A stretch of DNA of 64,000 nucleotides from contig JAUPSS010000001.1 of assembly GCA_040285825.1 (NCBI GenBank), positions 3,977,681-4,041,680 of the forward strand, read 5' to 3'. This document shows, in pieces, positions 13,401 to 27,249 of this stretch; positions within the stretch are counted from its first letter, which is position 1; each line of letters begins with the position of its first letter. The notes below the pieces were generated by a model, which saw only the letters and a list, made by a program, of their open reading frames with translations, made no database searches and was not told the origin of the DNA. Origin of the DNA: Eukaryota sp. TZLM1-RC (taxonomy: Eukaryota; Protista; Metamonada: BaSk clade). The position numbers were made by a program, and so were the translations under genes.

Positions 13401-16400
13401 ATTATGAGAGTCAAACTTGCTTCAGCTGGTTTCCAACAAAGTCAAATGTTATCCAAGAAATTTGATATTCTTTACAAACTATGTAAGCAGCAACTCTCCC
13501 AACAACGGCATTATGATTTTGGTCTACGTAACATTCTCTCTGTGCTTCGTACTTGTGGCGCTTGGAGAAGAAAGGACAGGGAAGCAGAAGAAGTTGATAT
13601 CTTTTTGAGAGTAGTTCGGGATATGAACCTTTCCAAACTTGTTGACGAAGATGAACCTCTTTTCTTGTCGCTTGTAAATGATCTTTTCCCCGGTGTCACT
13701 GTTGAGAATCCTAGCTATGAGGACCTTGAAGCTGCTATTAACAGTAACATTTCCTCTGCTGGCCTGGTAAACCATCCTTCTTGGACTTTGAAAATAGTTC
13801 AACTCTATGAAACAGCATTAGTCAGACATGGGGTTATGGTTTTAGGACCTGCTGGTGCCGGTAAATCCAGGTGCATTGACATCCTCATGAAGGCACTTAC
13901 AGACTGTGGAAACCCTCATAAAGGTATAAAGATCAACCCAAAAGCTATCACAGACCAGCAGATGTTTGGTAAATTGGATAGAAAAACAGGTGATTGGACT
14001 GACGGTATTTTTTCGGCGATTTGGAGAAAAGTTTGCAGAAAGCAAAGCGATGAGAAGACCTGGTTGATCTTAGATGGGCCTGTAGATACTATCTGGATTG
14101 AATCTCTCAATACGGTGTTGGACGACAATAAGACCTTGACATTAGCAAATTCTGACAGAATTCCAATGTCACCGAATATGAAGCTCATATTTGAGGTACA
14201 TTCATTAGCCAATGCTTCTCCTGCCACAGTTTCTAGAGCTGGAATGATCTACATGTCGCATATGTCTTTGGGATGGGAGCCTGTGCTACAAGCGTGGATT
14301 AAGGAAAAGGAAAGTGAAGATTTTGCTTCAGATGTGTTGAGTAATTTAAATAATTTATTTGATTTACATATTAATAATTGTTTTGATTTCATTAAGACAA
14401 ATTGTCTACCTGTTATGTCTTTATTCCAGCAGCATCAGGTTACTCAGTGCTTCAAGCTACTAGAAGCTATGGTTCCCCAACCAAATAGTGATTTTTCTCT
14501 CAAATCCCCTCAACATTTAGAAAGAATGTTTGTGTTTGCGCTTATTTGGTCATTGGGGGCATTATTAGAAACAGAAGATCGTCTCAAGTTTGATCAATTC
14601 CTTCGTTCTGAATGTAACCTCGCTCTACCAGTCTGTTCTTCCCCTCATTCTGTCTATGATTTCTGGATCAATGAGGAAACCGGAGAATGGCAACGATGGA
14701 GAGATAGGGTTCCTGAATATCAATATCCAGTAGACCATGCTCCACCTTTCTCCTCTGTTTTAGTCCCTACAATTGATTCTGTCAGATGCTCTACTCTTAT
14801 TGGTTTGCTTGCTGAACAAGGACATCCCGTAATGTTGACAGGAGAAGCTGGAACTGCTAAATCAGTTACTCTACAAAGCTATATTGCAGATAAAATTCAA
14901 GATGAACAGTGGATGAGCAAAACAGTTTCCTTTTCATTCTTTACTAACCCTTTGATTTTCCAACGAACTACTGAAGCACTTGTGGAGAAACGACTAGGTT
15001 CTACTTTTGGTCCCAAAGCTGGTAGAAAGATGATTTACTTCTTGGATGATATTAATATGCCTGAAATTAACACATGGGGAGATCAAGAAACTGCTGAAAT
15101 TGTACGTCAATTAATAGAAGATAAAGGTTTCTATAACCTAGAAAGACCTGGCGATTGGATTTCCATTGTTGATCTTTTCTTCTTTGCCGCAATGCAGCAT
15201 CCAGGTGGTGGTAGAAATGACATTCCAGATAGGTTACGTCGACACTTTGCCATCTTCAACTGCACTCTTCCCTCCCAAGAAGCTGTGGAGCACGTGTATT
15301 CATTGATTATTAAGGGGTATTTCACTACCCAAGCTCCCAGAAGCTTTCCAGAGTCTCTATCAAACGTTCTCAACAACATTGTTCCAATGACGTATTCTCT
15401 TTGGGATTCGGTTAAGCAGAAAATGCTTCCCACACCAGCAAAGTTCCATTACATGTTTAATATGAGAGATTTATCAAGAATTACTCAAGGTATGTTATAC
15501 GTGACTTCTGAAACTATCACTGGGCCCTCCAATCTGGTGTCCTTATGGAAACATGAATGTCACCGTGTCTTGGCTGATCGCTTTGTTAATTATGAAGATT
15601 TGGCGTGGTTTGAATCTGCTATTCAATCGGTACTGGATGAGTATCTCCCTCAGTACAATGAAGCTGTTCCGAGTACTTTCTTTGTTGATTTCATGCGTGA
15701 TCCCCCAGAACCCGACCCAGATGCTGAGGAAGAGGAAGATCTGGAAGCTCCAAAGGTCTATGAGTCGGTTACGGAGAGAGAGGTGTTGAAAGAACGATTA
15801 GATAGATTTTCAGAGTTGTTTAATGAAATGTCACGAACGGAAAAACTTGATTTAGTTTTCTTTTACGATGCCATTGCTCATTTATCACGAATTTCTCGTA
15901 TTATCCGAGCAGAACGAGGTCATGCTTTACTGGTTGGTGTAGGTGGAAGTGGTAAGCAATCATTAACTAAACTTGCTTCATTTATTGCTGGTTATACCAC
16001 CGTCTCAATAACTTTAACTAAAAATTACACAACAAAAGATTTATTAGAAGATTTACAACGGTTCTTCATGATGGCTGGTTTGGAGGGAAAAGGAGTAACG
16101 TTTTTATTTACTGATAAGGACATTAAAGAAGAATCCTTCCTTGAGTATATTAACAACATTCTCACTTCTGGTGAAATTCCTGGTCTGTTCGCTAAGGATG
16201 AAGTTGATTCAATAATTTCTGATTTAACACCTATTTTCAAAGCAGAACGACCTCGAGCACCTTTATCCAATGATGATGTTTGGAATTTCTTTTTGGAACG
16301 AGTACGAAAGAACCTTCATGTAGTTCTTTGTTTTTCGCCTGTTGGGGACAAGTTTAGAACACGTGCCAGGAAGTTTCCAGGTTTGGTATCTGGATGTACC

Positions 16401-19400
16401 ATTGACTATTTCCAACCATGGCCTGAAGAAGCGTTGGTTGAGGTTGCCAATAAGTTTGTATCTTCATTTGAAATTGACACACCTCAAGAGGTTCAAGATT
16501 CCCTGGTTAAGTTTATGGCTTCTCTCCACACTAATGTTGGTGATGTCTGTGAACAATACTTTTCTAGGTTTAGAAGAAGAGTTTACATTACCCCAAAGTC
16601 TTATCTATCATTCATGCAAGCTTATAAGGAAGTGTATTTACGTCAACGGCAAGAAATTGGTGTTTTGGCTGAACGACTTAACTCTGGCTTAATGAAGCTA
16701 CAACAAGCTTCTGAAGATGTTGCTAATATGAAGGTTGAACTGGCTGATAAAAAGGTAAAGTTGGCAGTCGCTGTAGATAAAGCAAAGCAAATTCTTGGTG
16801 AAATTACCACTCAAACCACAGCTGCCCAAAAGATTACTGCAGAAGTACAAGCTGTCAAGGATGATTTATCTACAAAGGCTGCTGGTATAGATGCTGAGAA
16901 AAAAGCTGCAGAAAAGGATCTTGCTGCTGCTAAACCTGCTTTGGAGGATGCTCAGAACGCTTTAGATCAGATTAATGCTGGGGATATAGCCACATTGAGA
17001 AAGTTGTTAAAACCACCAAACCTCATCTGTAGAATCATGGATGGTGTATTGATACTTCGCCAATTACCATTAGACGAATGGAAGTTAGATGCGGATATGC
17101 TGGCTGACAAGGGTAAATCATTACCTCAACCATCGTGGACCCATTCTCTTTCAATGATGGCTAACACTTCGTTCCTGTCTTCGCTTAAGAATTTCCCTAA
17201 AGAGTGCATTACTGATGAGATTTGTGAGCTGTTAGAGCCTTACTTTGAGATGGAAGATTTTACGAAGGAAGCAGCAGCCTCTGTCTCTGGTAATATTGCT
17301 GGTCTTTGTTCATGGATTCGTGCAATGACTGTGTATCATTCAGTTGCCAAGTTCGTTGCCCCCAAGATTGAAGCTGTTCAACGCGCAGAAAAAGAATTAG
17401 AGTCGGCAAATGCGGAACTACAGATTGCAGAGAATGAGTTAGCTGAAAAACAAAAAGTATTAGACGAAATGCAAGCCAAGTACGATGATGCTGTTGCTCA
17501 GAAGAGAGCAGTTCAAGAAGATGCCGAACTCACTGAAAGAAGAATGGATTCTGCTAACAAACTGATCTCTGGTCTCTCTGGTGAACGTGAACGCTGGACG
17601 ATACAATCTGCTGAGTTTAAGAAAGTTATTGCTCAATTAGTAGGTGATGTTGCTGTTTCCACTGCTTTCTTGTCTTATGCTGGTCCATTCAATTCTGAAT
17701 TTAGGGCATTGTTACTTGAAGAATACTGGTGTAAAGATCTGGTTCGAAGGAATATTCCATTTTCAGATAACCTTTCCGTCACAAAAATCCTTGCTGACGA
17801 TGCTACCATTGGTGAATGGAACCTTCAAGGCCTTCCCACAGATGATTTGTCAACTCAAAATGGTATCATTGTCACTTCTGCTTCACGTTTCCCTCTCCTT
17901 ATTGATCCACAGGGTCAAGCCAAAGCATGGTTGAAAAATCGCGAAGGACCCAATGGGTTGAAAATTTGCAGACTTGGTGATAAATATTTCAGACAAAACT
18001 TAGAAGATTGCCTGCAGTTTGGAGCACCTTTACTAATAGAAGATGTGGATGAAGAACTTGATCCCGCATTGGATCCCATTCTAGATAAGCAATGGATTAA
18101 GGTGGGTTCAAGGTTCAAGGTTAAGCTGGGTGATAAGGAAGTCGATCTAGCTGATGGTTTTAGGCTATATATCACGACTAAGCTTGCTAACCCGCTCTTC
18201 TCGCCTGAAACTTCCGCCAAAACTTCTATTGTAGATTTCACTGTTACTTTGAGGGGCCTGGAAGCTCAACTTTTGGGACGAGTTATTGAAACTGAGAAGA
18301 GTGAACTTGAACGATCAAGACAGCGTTTGTTGGAAGAAGTTAATTCTAATAAAAAATTAATGCAACAATTAGAGAAGAATCTAATTGAGAAGCTTGCCTC
18401 TGCTGGTGGTAATCTTTTGGATGACATCTCTTTAATAGACATGCTCAACAAAACTAAATCCACCTCTGAAGAAGTATCCCAAGCCTTAAAGAATGCAGTC
18501 GTCACTGAACAACGAATCAACGAAGCTCGAGAAGAATATCGTCCTGTAGCTACCCGTGGATCGGTGCTCTACTTTTTGGTAGCTGAAATGTCACTTGTTT
18601 CAAACATGTATCAATGCTCGTTGAATCAGTTCCTTCAGCAGTTCGATTTGGGTATAGGAAGATCAGAAGATTCTCAGGTTACTTCGAAAAGAGTTTCTAA
18701 TATTGTCACTTGTTTGACAGAAGTTGTTTTCAACTATGTCGCCAGATACCTCTTTGGTGATCATAAACTTTTATTCGTGTTATTATTAGCCCTAAAGGTT
18801 GATTTGGAAGCTGGTAACATTTCTTCCATTGAATTTGGTGCTCTAATTAAGGGAGGAGCAGCTCTAGACATCAAACAAGTTCGTGCCAAGCCCGTCGAAT
18901 GGCTACCTGACGCTGCTTGGTTGAACATTATTTCTAGTTCTCATGCTTCTTCTGCTCTGTCGTCACTTCCCGATTCCTTTGCCAATAGCCCTGAAATTTG
19001 GAATACTTGGTTCGAACATGAGTCTCCGGAAACTCTGACACTTCCAGAACCTTTTGCAAGTGCCAATCTCTGTGTTTAACAAACTTCTATTGGTGAGATC
19101 ACTACGAGAAGATCGAGCTATGTTAGTGGCTCAGGATTATATCAAGAACGTTTTGGGACCAAGGTTTGTGGAGTCTGCGTCATCTACCATTGAAAGTACG
19201 TTTGCTGAATCAACCTGTTCTACCCCTTTGATTTACCTGCTCTCACTTGGAGCCGACCCTTCGAGCGACATTGATTCCTTTGCCAAGAAGGAAAAGACTG
19301 TTCTTCACCAGGTTTCAATGGGACAAGGTCAAGATGAACCTGCGAGGAAGTACATTGCACAAGCAAAGAAGAATGGTGAATGGGTGTTGCTCCAGAATTG

Positions 19401-20985
19401 TCACTTGTCTCTTGAATTTATGTCTGAAATTGAAGTTGCCTTCTCCACCCCTGACGACAGTGTTCACTCAGATTTCAGGTTGTGGATAACCACCGAACCA
19501 CACTTGAAATTCCCCATAGGACTGCTCCAACTAGCAATTAAAGTTGCTGCTGAAGCTCCTCAAGGAATGAAAGCTGGCCTTAAAAGAACTTATAATTGGG
19601 TTAATCAAGACCTACTTGATCAAGTCGATAAACCTGAATGGAAACCTCTACTATATGCCCTCACATTTTTGCATTCAATTGAACAAGAACGAAGAAGATT
19701 TGGAACTTTGGGTTGGATTGTACCTTATGAATTCAACATGTCTGATTTGACAGCTTCGATAACTTTTCTACAAAACTTATTGTACCAAACTGATGCTGAA
19801 AGGGGTATTTCATGGTCCACTATGCGGTATATGATCTGTGAGGTTCATTATGGCGGTCGTATCACGTGTGATTATGACCGTGTCCTTCAAAATGCACTGG
19901 GAAACTTCTATCTTAATGACAAAGTTTTGAGTCCCGACTATACCTTCCACGAAGGTTACCCACTTCCCTTGCAAGAACTCAACTCAATTACCACCATTAG
20001 AGATTTTATCGATTCGCTTCCTGTCAATGATTTACCTACCGTTCTTGGACTTCACTTAAATGCTGACATTACTTTCAGAACCAACCAATGCAATACCATT
20101 CTTGACACAATTTTAGCTGTTCAGCCAAAGGATTCTGCTGCTGGAGGTGAACTCACAAGAGAAGAAATTGCAGATAAAATGTCGCACGATATGCTTCGGA
20201 ACCTACCAGATGATTTTGTCTCACATGAAGTAGAGGGACAATTGCAACGCTTGGGTAGAATGAAACCTCTAACAATCTTTTTGAGACAGGAAGTTGAACG
20301 TCTTCAACGGGTTATATCCAAGGTTCGTAAAGAACTTGGCGAATTGTTGCTCGCCATTACTGGTACGATTGTAATGTCGCAATCCCTACAGGACATTCTG
20401 ACTGCTATTACTGATGGTAAAGTACCTCCTGAATGGACGAAGATTTCGTGGAACTCACCTACTTTGGGCTTTTGGTTAACTGACTTAGACTCGAGACATC
20501 GGCAATTGTTTTCATGGTTGACAGAAGGTCGACCTCTGAGTTTCTGGCTCGGTGGATTCTTTAATCCTCAAGGGTTTTTGACATCTACAAAGCAAGAAAT
20601 CGCACGTGCTCATCAGGGTTGGGCTCTGGATACTTTACATATTCAGACCACAGTTAAAAACTTGGTACCCAGTGACCTCAAGCAAGAACATAAACTTAAT
20701 CCTGGTGAGGGGGTCTACATTCATGGTTTAACCTTGGAAGGAGCCAGATGGGACCGTGATTTAGGAAAATTAGCTGAACAAAAACTTAAAGAGTTAACAT
20801 GTCCTTTGCCTGTTCTGTATGTAACTGCAAGTGATACTCCTCTTGGCGGACAACCTACTTACACTTGTCCTGTTTTCTTTGGTAGAAATAGGCAAGATCA
20901 TGTTTTTGATGTAGAATTGCCCACATCTAAGAATCCTAATCATTGGACTATTAGAGGAACTGCATTGCTCTGCTCTGACTGTTAG
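7482..20985 (+). CDS. DNAH5: Axonemal outer-arm dynein heavy chain (gamma / DNAH5-DNAH8 type), ~4500 aa, intronless
   Basis: P-loops [32 protein letters not shown]; FPRFYFVS; stalk; C-terminal WTIRGTALLC. The single 2-nt frameshift at ~19067 is in frame in the duplicate copy. Confidence 0.95.
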
Positions 20986-21143
20986 ACGTTCATTGCTCTT
21001 TGTAGATTTTGTATTGTACTTTAATAAAATTTTTATTTAATTGTTTTTATTTAATTGTTTTAAATAATATTGTATTTATTTTCTACGTAATTACAAAACA
21101 AAACAAATTAAAACACATAAGCAACAAAACTGTCCACAACTCT

Positions 21144-21830
21144 TTATGAATTCTTATACAGCTTGGACATCATTAAACTCAAGTACTTGGGAACACTTCT
21201 ATACAAAGCAAAAATGACACGATTCTTCCATAAATACCCTGCAAAATTCTTACCACTTGAACGACAAAGATTATCAAAATCATTGAGAAAATTCAAACCA
21301 GACTGACCAATGTTACCAAAAATAGGGAAGGAAAAAGGAACAAAAGAAAACTTCGAGTAAAAGTTCCTATTTAAATCATTCAATAACTCAGCATATTTGT
21401 CTCGTTTACGAACCTCAGCCTTGTTCAAGTGGCCATTAGAACTAACTAAAACATCATCACGATAAATTGAAGCAAAGGGATCGACAGTTGTATAATCAAC
21501 AACAGCTTGAGAGGAATCCACAAAAGGAGCAATTAAATCACTATGACGAGAATCAAACAGAATATTATCCCGATAATGCCTCAACAAAGGTTCTACTTTG
21601 CAACTAAAATTGTAACTCTTGAACATCTCATATGTCAAATCACGAACGGCATTATGAAGAACTGACCTATATTGGAGAAATTTCTTACAACTCACAATAT
21701 GACGGAAATTGGCTGACAGTTTTTCGTTGCAAATACAAGCAGAATTATCCAAAAGTCTATTTGGATACAGCCTTGATCTCAAACGAGTGTTTTGTTTCCA
21801 AGCTTCATTTGTTAATTTAGTTGTTTTCAT
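21144..21830 (-). mobile_element. 3' part of an RLE-type (CRE-like) non-LTR retrotransposon ORF
   Basis: CxC...H..SC knuckle, HNAVRD, VEP, SDL, VVDYTTVDP, AE.RKRDKY, FVPFSF..FG (PD-(D/E)xK restriction-like endonuclease). Decayed upstream sequence may extend to ~22400. Confidence 0.8.
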
Positions 21831-22453
21831 TTAATTGTTTTGAATTAATGTTATTTTCATTTTGGTTATGTTGAAAACACGGCTCCAGATTTTTTCTAAT
21901 GACCTGCAGGAATTCCTTGCATTCCTTACTGTATTTGAGTACAAAGTTGCACTTATGAACTACCACAATATTCCATCAACGAACTTGGTCACGCTCAAAA
22001 TCACATTAAAGCTCCCTCTGTTAAACCACCAAAAACAGATGAAATCATTAGCGTTGAAGCCGCTAAAACCACTTTAATGGAGTGGCGTTAAATTTCGAAG
22101 GAAATCCAATATATCTTTTGTTTACACTGAAATAGTGGATTAATCCAATTGAAGTCCTACTGATATCTTCATGTATTTTTGGTATTCAACGCAGATTACA
22201 TAGTTCCAAATCTGAAATATTTGAGGAATGGCTTTATTACTCAACTCCAATTCCTAAGAATGAATTTGGTAATTCTTGTAATTCCGTGGTGGTGAGTTAA
22301 ACTATATTTTAATGAAAATTCGATTTTGTTGAAATGAGGGAAACATTTGAATTCCATAAGAAATGCAATCTGTTTTTCTATTGTATCTCAAATTGATACA
22401 GTTGGTAGATGATGTAACTGATATACTGACAATATTTATCTAGAACAGATTAT

Positions 22454-23163
22454 TCACATGTACCAGTGGCAGGTGGGAGCATGTGCTGTGTTACCAATAG
22501 CTCGAATACCCTCCTCACCATTGTAGTTTGCCGAACAACGCCAACAGAATTCATACCTGTGATTACAAAAGGACAATAAACATACTGACACACACTACAT
22601 GTCATATGATCACATCCATCTATTTTTTCAATCCCATGGTTACATGAAGGACACGGCTTGGTGTTTTGGTTAATGTAGTTTCGATTTGCATTCTCCTCAG
22701 ATTCATACACACTAATTTGGTAGTCTCTACAAGTTTTACCCTCATGCCAGAGAACCCTGTCAATGTAACAAGTCTTGGCAGCACATGCCATACAGTGAAT
22801 GATGGGATTTTCTTCTCCTGATTCTATTATTGCCCCCCATCCACAGCTACTGGCAGCGCACCATCTGAATTCGGGCATAGATTCAACAAGACGTTTAAAA
22901 AGCAGGTTGTCATACCTTTCAAAGTCATTGGCTGATGCAAAGATTTTCAGGGTGTCAAAGGTCATTGTAGCTTTACAAGAGCTGTGTAAGCAAGGAACAT
23001 CACGAAAACCATTCTTTTGAATCAGCTCTTCTTTCACGTGTTTTCTTATACAATTGTCACAACATGTTCGTTCATGATCGCAGGCAGGAGACATCTTGAT
23101 AGACCAATCTTCCTCAGATGGTTTATCATCGATGCATATTGCACATGTTATTGAAGCTGCCAT
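22454..23163 (-). CDS. RBR (RING-IBR-RING2) E3 ubiquitin ligase, Ariadne-like; intron 22557-22585
   Basis: CAIC...CDH..CCDNC...C (RING1), FRWC...C...C..C..C...WH (IBR), TKPCPSC...IEKIDGCDHMTC..CQ|YEFCWRC (RING2 after splicing). Confidence 0.9.
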
Positions 23164-23208
23164 GGTGAAAGTTGATTTTGATGATCAAATTTTATCAAAT
23201 TATATACC

Positions 23209-23514
23209 ATGTGCAAAAGTTTCATTATAGAGGCATTTATTGAGCCATTAGTACGTAAGCTGTCTTCAGATCAAACTGATGATTGCTTTGGTAAAAGAAG
23301 GGCAGATTTAGTAGCTCCAGGGATCGATGGTGTTTTCAATGTTGTGGATGTTGTCTCAGTTGATGTTTGCAAAAATTCTGCTGCTCGTTTAGTGTATTCC
23401 GCTGATTGGCCGTTATCTAACGCCGAAAAACAGAAGATAAAAAAATATGAAGAACCTTTGATAAAACACCTTTTACCTGTTCTCAATGAGCGGACAGTTC
23501 TTTTGATAAATTAA
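23209..23514 (+). mobile_element. RLE-type non-LTR retrotransposon endonuclease fragment
   Basis: FIEP...KRRADL...VVDVVSVD...AEKQKIKKY, homologous to 21144-21830. Confidence 0.7.
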
Positions 23515-24398
23515 ATATCCACACTAATGGACCTCTGAACGCTGATAACGAAGGAATTAAATACCTCTTAGTATTTGTAGGTTCTTTTACTTTTTTTGCA
23601 CTGTATTTGTAGATTCTTTTACTATCCAATTTTAGTCGCTCTGAAGGAACTCAATGCTTTAGAAATCACAGATGTTTTGATTTGGAGCATTGGCGTTATC
23701 TTTGGCATACCTATGCTAATTCAGTGATAATGGTCCTGAGTTCGCCAATGAGAGTTTCAAATTGGTGTGTAATAAATTAGCGATTGAGATGAGTAACTCA
23801 ATACCCAACTATTCATAAAGTAATCGACTTGTGGAACGTACACATACAGACGTTCTTCAATGCTTAAGAAAACTACTAATAGACTTCAAGAGAGTTAGCT
23901 TACATTTAAAGACATTATTTTCTTTCAAATATACTCTTACTTCGATGTTGAAATTAAAAAACCTTGAGAATTTTTTCAAGGCACATTTAGTGACCTCTCA
24001 TAAAGTCATAGATGAACTGTTTTCTTTGAAAGGAATCTTAAGTACATCCTTGTATTCATGGTTCATTTAGACTAATAATTTCTTCTAAAATATACCAAAC
24101 ACGTCTTCTGGATGTTGATTTAGGTGACAGTTTTGAATCAATTGCCATTGTTGCAGCTGCAATAAGACAGATAATACAACTGAAATGTTGACAAATAGTG
24201 TAAATAGAAGACCATGGAAAAGACAAACAGCGACTTTTACACACAGGCTTACCATGTGTCCATTTCACTAAAGCTTGTGGTATTGATTGTATCCAATACA
24301 GATTCAAATGCTTAGATAGTGATGGAAGAACTGAATGATGATAATAAATTATTGAAATCCAATATAGAAAAATTCTCATTTGCAGAAGCCACACTTGA

Positions 24399-25520
24399 AT
24401 GGACCCGGTTTCCCAGTTCCTATCCATCTTTCCCGATGCTTCACCAGAAACTGCTAAACAGTTTCTAGACATAGCAAATGGTGATATAGAGCAAGCCATC
24501 GTTTTCTACACAGACAGTGCTCCTCCTGAAGCATTTCCAACATCTTCACAGCCTCCCTCTCGTCCCCCTCAACCCTCACCGCCATCACGTTCTCCTCAAG
24601 CCGCTCCCCCACAACGCAGAGTGGCCACACTCTCAGATTTCAGTGGTTGTGGCCCTCAATCATGTGAATCCTGTCCCAGTTCATGTAAGGATGAGCGTGA
24701 GGTCGAGTACTTTGCAGGCCATGGTGAAGGTGGATCAGGCGAATCCCTACTCCCTCCCCGGTCTCACAAAGACAAGGTTGACAACATAATTGCGCAGGCA
24801 AAACAGGGAGGGCCACCACCTGAACCAACAGAGCCTGCGCCCTCTTTCTTCCAAGGTGCCGGCTATAGACTTGGTGAAACAAACTTTATGCGCCGGGAAG
24901 AGTTCCAGCAACCTCCAGCTACGCTCAATGAAGGTCCAATCACCGTCAATGTCACTATTTACTCCAATGGTCTCCTAGTGGATGACGAAACATTCTTCTC
25001 CTTTAATGATCCTTCTAATGAAGGTATGCTTGATGCGATGATGCGACAGGAGATTCCACCACAGTTGCAGGATTTGATAAAGCAAAAAAACCGCGGTGGA
25101 CCTTTTAGAGCAAGAGAGATTTCCGTCCAATTAAGTGACAAGAAATCTGAGGAATACCAACCACCAAAACCAAAGTTTGAAGCGTTCAAGGGTCATGGTA
25201 TGCGGCTTGGTGCTACACCATCTAGACCTTCCCCTCAAGTTTCTCAGGCCTCTGTACAGAAAGCTCCCTCTAAACCTGCTGTCCCAGCTCCAAGTAATGG
25301 TGACAGGTGCAGAGTCAAGGTGCGATTGGCTAGAGGAGGGGTTGAAGTTTTCGAGGTGAGTAAGGAAGGGAAAGTTGCTGATTTGTGGAAGTTGGTAGCT
25401 TCACAAACTGGAAGTAGCAGATTTGAGCTCTATCCTCCAGTCCCAGGATCTAAGGCATTAGATAAAAACCTTTCTATTAGATCTGCTGGTCTTGTAAATG
25501 GTGTAGCTATACAGAAGTAG
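24399..25520 (+). CDS. NSFL1C: p47/Shp1 (NSFL1C) Cdc48/p97 cofactor, UBA-SEP-UBX
   Basis: N-terminal UBA (AKQFL....GDIEQAI..Y), YFAG, FQGAGYRLG, SEP (YSNG...P..L), AFKGHGMRLG SHP box, UBX (VRL..G...AGLVNG..IQK). Confidence 0.92.
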   Translation: MDPVSQFLSIFPDASPETAKQFLDIANGDIEQAIVFYTDSAPPEAFPTSSQPPSRPPQPSPPSRSPQAAPPQRRVATLSDFSGCGPQSCESCPSSCKDEREVEYFAGHGEGGSGESLLPPRSHKDKVDNIIAQAKQGGPPPEPTEPAPSFFQGAGYRLGETNFMRREEFQQPPATLNEGPITVNVTIYSNGLLVDDETFFSFNDPSNEGMLDAMMRQEIPPQLQDLIKQKNRGGPFRAREISVQLSDKKSEEYQPPKPKFEAFKGHGMRLGATPSRPSPQVSQASVQKAPSKPAVPAPSNGDRCRVKVRLARGGVEVFEVSKEGKVADLWKLVASQTGSSRFELYPPVPGSKALDKNLSIRSAGLVNGVAIQK

Positions 25521-25600
25521 CTAATAAAGTTGTAAGTTTGTGCGGAAATTGTATTTTAATTCCAAGTATTATTGTAAATATTGTAGTAGCACATATTGAT

Positions 25601-25633
25601 TGACTTTTCTTGACTTTTCTTGACTTTTCTTGA
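25601..25633. repeat. 10-bp tandem repeat (tgacttttct)x3
   Basis: Direct reading of the sequence. Confidence 0.8.
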
Positions 25634-26151
25634 ATTGAGTTCACAAACTCCAAATTTCTATCATTTTCTGTCCCAAAATCGTGAATTATAAAATAAATAA
25701 TCTGTTTATTTTATATAGATATATTGTCAAAGACTGGGCAGATGCTAAATACTGATGACCGCAAAAGAACTTACATTTTGAGCTTAAAGGAGCTTGATTT
25801 TTACTCTACTGGACTATAGAGAAAAGACTGTTGCAAGTATTTCACTTTAGTATCTGGGTATTATTTAAAATGTACGGTTTTCCTAAAAACTGATTCAACT
25901 TTTGCTAACCTTGTTCAATCTGGTAAAATCTGTTTTAAATTCAATTTGATTTATTTATATTTATTATCACCATTAATTTAACAAGCTAGAAGATCAATGT
26001 TAAACCAATCTAGCCAATTAGAGATTATTGACTTACCACCGCCAATGTTTTTCTGAATCTGACATGTTTTTTCTCAACTCTTGTAGAAATCAAATACAAA
26101 ACCAGCTGCTGGAAAATTGTGTTAAATACAAAATAAATTAAAAAAATAATA

Positions 26152-27249
26152 TTAAACCAATTCAATAACAGAATCAGGATACAAAACTTCAAACATCGCT
26201 AGATAAGATCCCTCTTCTACTTTCTTTACAAGCTCAATCCCTTTTCCTTCCACTCTCAGCTCTTTCTCCTTCAAATCCAACTCCAACGTCAGAACGTCAC
26301 CCATGCCCCACACCCCACTTTGAGAAAACGGTCCAAACTTAAAACCACCTAGGCAGCAGTTGAACTTATACAAAGACGGATCGTGAGCAATTCCGACAGA
26401 GCCGAGTTCCGATACTAGATTTTCTGGCATTATACCAACAATAACACCTGCATTTTGCCCATTAGGTGTGAAATAACGAACCTTCCAAGTGTATTTGTTG
26501 CCAGGGTCCATTCTCAAATTCCCCACGGTAAGGTACCACTGCTCATCCCGTCCTTTGTGAGTTACTTGGCGGTGATCAGGGGACAACACAAGTTCAGATG
26601 GAGTGTAATTGGAATCAAATAAAAGACCAGAAGAAGGGGAAGAAATGGGTTTGAAAAGTTCAGTAAAGTTATTAGAAAACCTCGCAGACTCTTCTTCAAG
26701 ATTGTCAAATAGAATGCGGTTCATCGGAATAATCTGATCATGAGTGTTTCCAAAAATAGACTCTGCTGAAGACACCGCCTCATTAGGATTGATTGGAGTA
26801 GCAGTGGAGAGTTGTGAAAGGACAGATTTATTGAGTGATTTGAGAGATTCAGATAACTGTCGTAATCGAACAGGGAGGTTGGCAGCAACTATTGCAACTT
26901 GGGTTTCAAACTTACGAGAACAACTATGCTCGATCGATTCGAATATGGAGTTGATTTTGAAGATAATGTGTGATAGCGGAACCGTTGAATGTAGAGAGTG
27001 GTTGAGAGAGCATTGAGGACACAATGCTGTCACGCAATCAATGCAAAAGTTGTCCAACATCTGCGAAGGATGGTGAGGACACTCAGTTGGTTTGTGTGGT
27101 GGCTGCTGAGAGATTGGGGTGAGAGTATGATCACTGAGTGTTCGGTAGGAGTGGATAGCAGTGCAGCATTCATCACACAAAACGGAAGTACACTGTGTAC
27201 AACTTGTTGTTGCAGTGCGAGACGAACATTCCAAACATTGGTCTTTCAT
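26152..27249 (-). CDS. B-box zinc finger x2 + SPRY/B30.2-like protein (RING-less TRIM-like)
   Basis: CLEC...C..C...LC..C...IH....H (B-box1), CPHH...FC..C...LC..C...H..H (B-box2), YTWKVR...IVGI...GDVLTLELDL (SPRY). Confidence 0.8.
   Translation of the reverse strand: MKDQCLECSSRTATTSCTQCTSVLCDECCTAIHSYRTLSDHTLTPISQQPPHKPTECPHHPSQMLDNFCIDCVTALCPQCSLNHSLHSTVPLSHIIFKINSIFESIEHSCSRKFETQVAIVAANLPVRLRQLSESLKSLNKSVLSQLSTATPINPNEAVSSAESIFGNTHDQIIPMNRILFDNLEEESARFSNNFTELFKPISSPSSGLLFDSNYTPSELVLSPDHRQVTHKGRDEQWYLTVGNLRMDPGNKYTWKVRYFTPNGQNAGVIVGIMPENLVSELGSVGIAHDPSLYKFNCCLGGFKFGPFSQSGVWGMGDVLTLELDLKEKELRVEGKGIELVKKVEEGSYLAMFEVLYPDSVIELV

Noticed and set aside
19054-19079. Programmed frameshift or split dynein (as with Giardia trans-splicing)
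   Set aside because: The duplicate copy carries the in-frame sequence and there are no splice signals
7835-19489. Many short antisense or out-of-frame ORFs within dynein (and within other long genes)
   Set aside because: Shadows of a long coding sequence; no motifs
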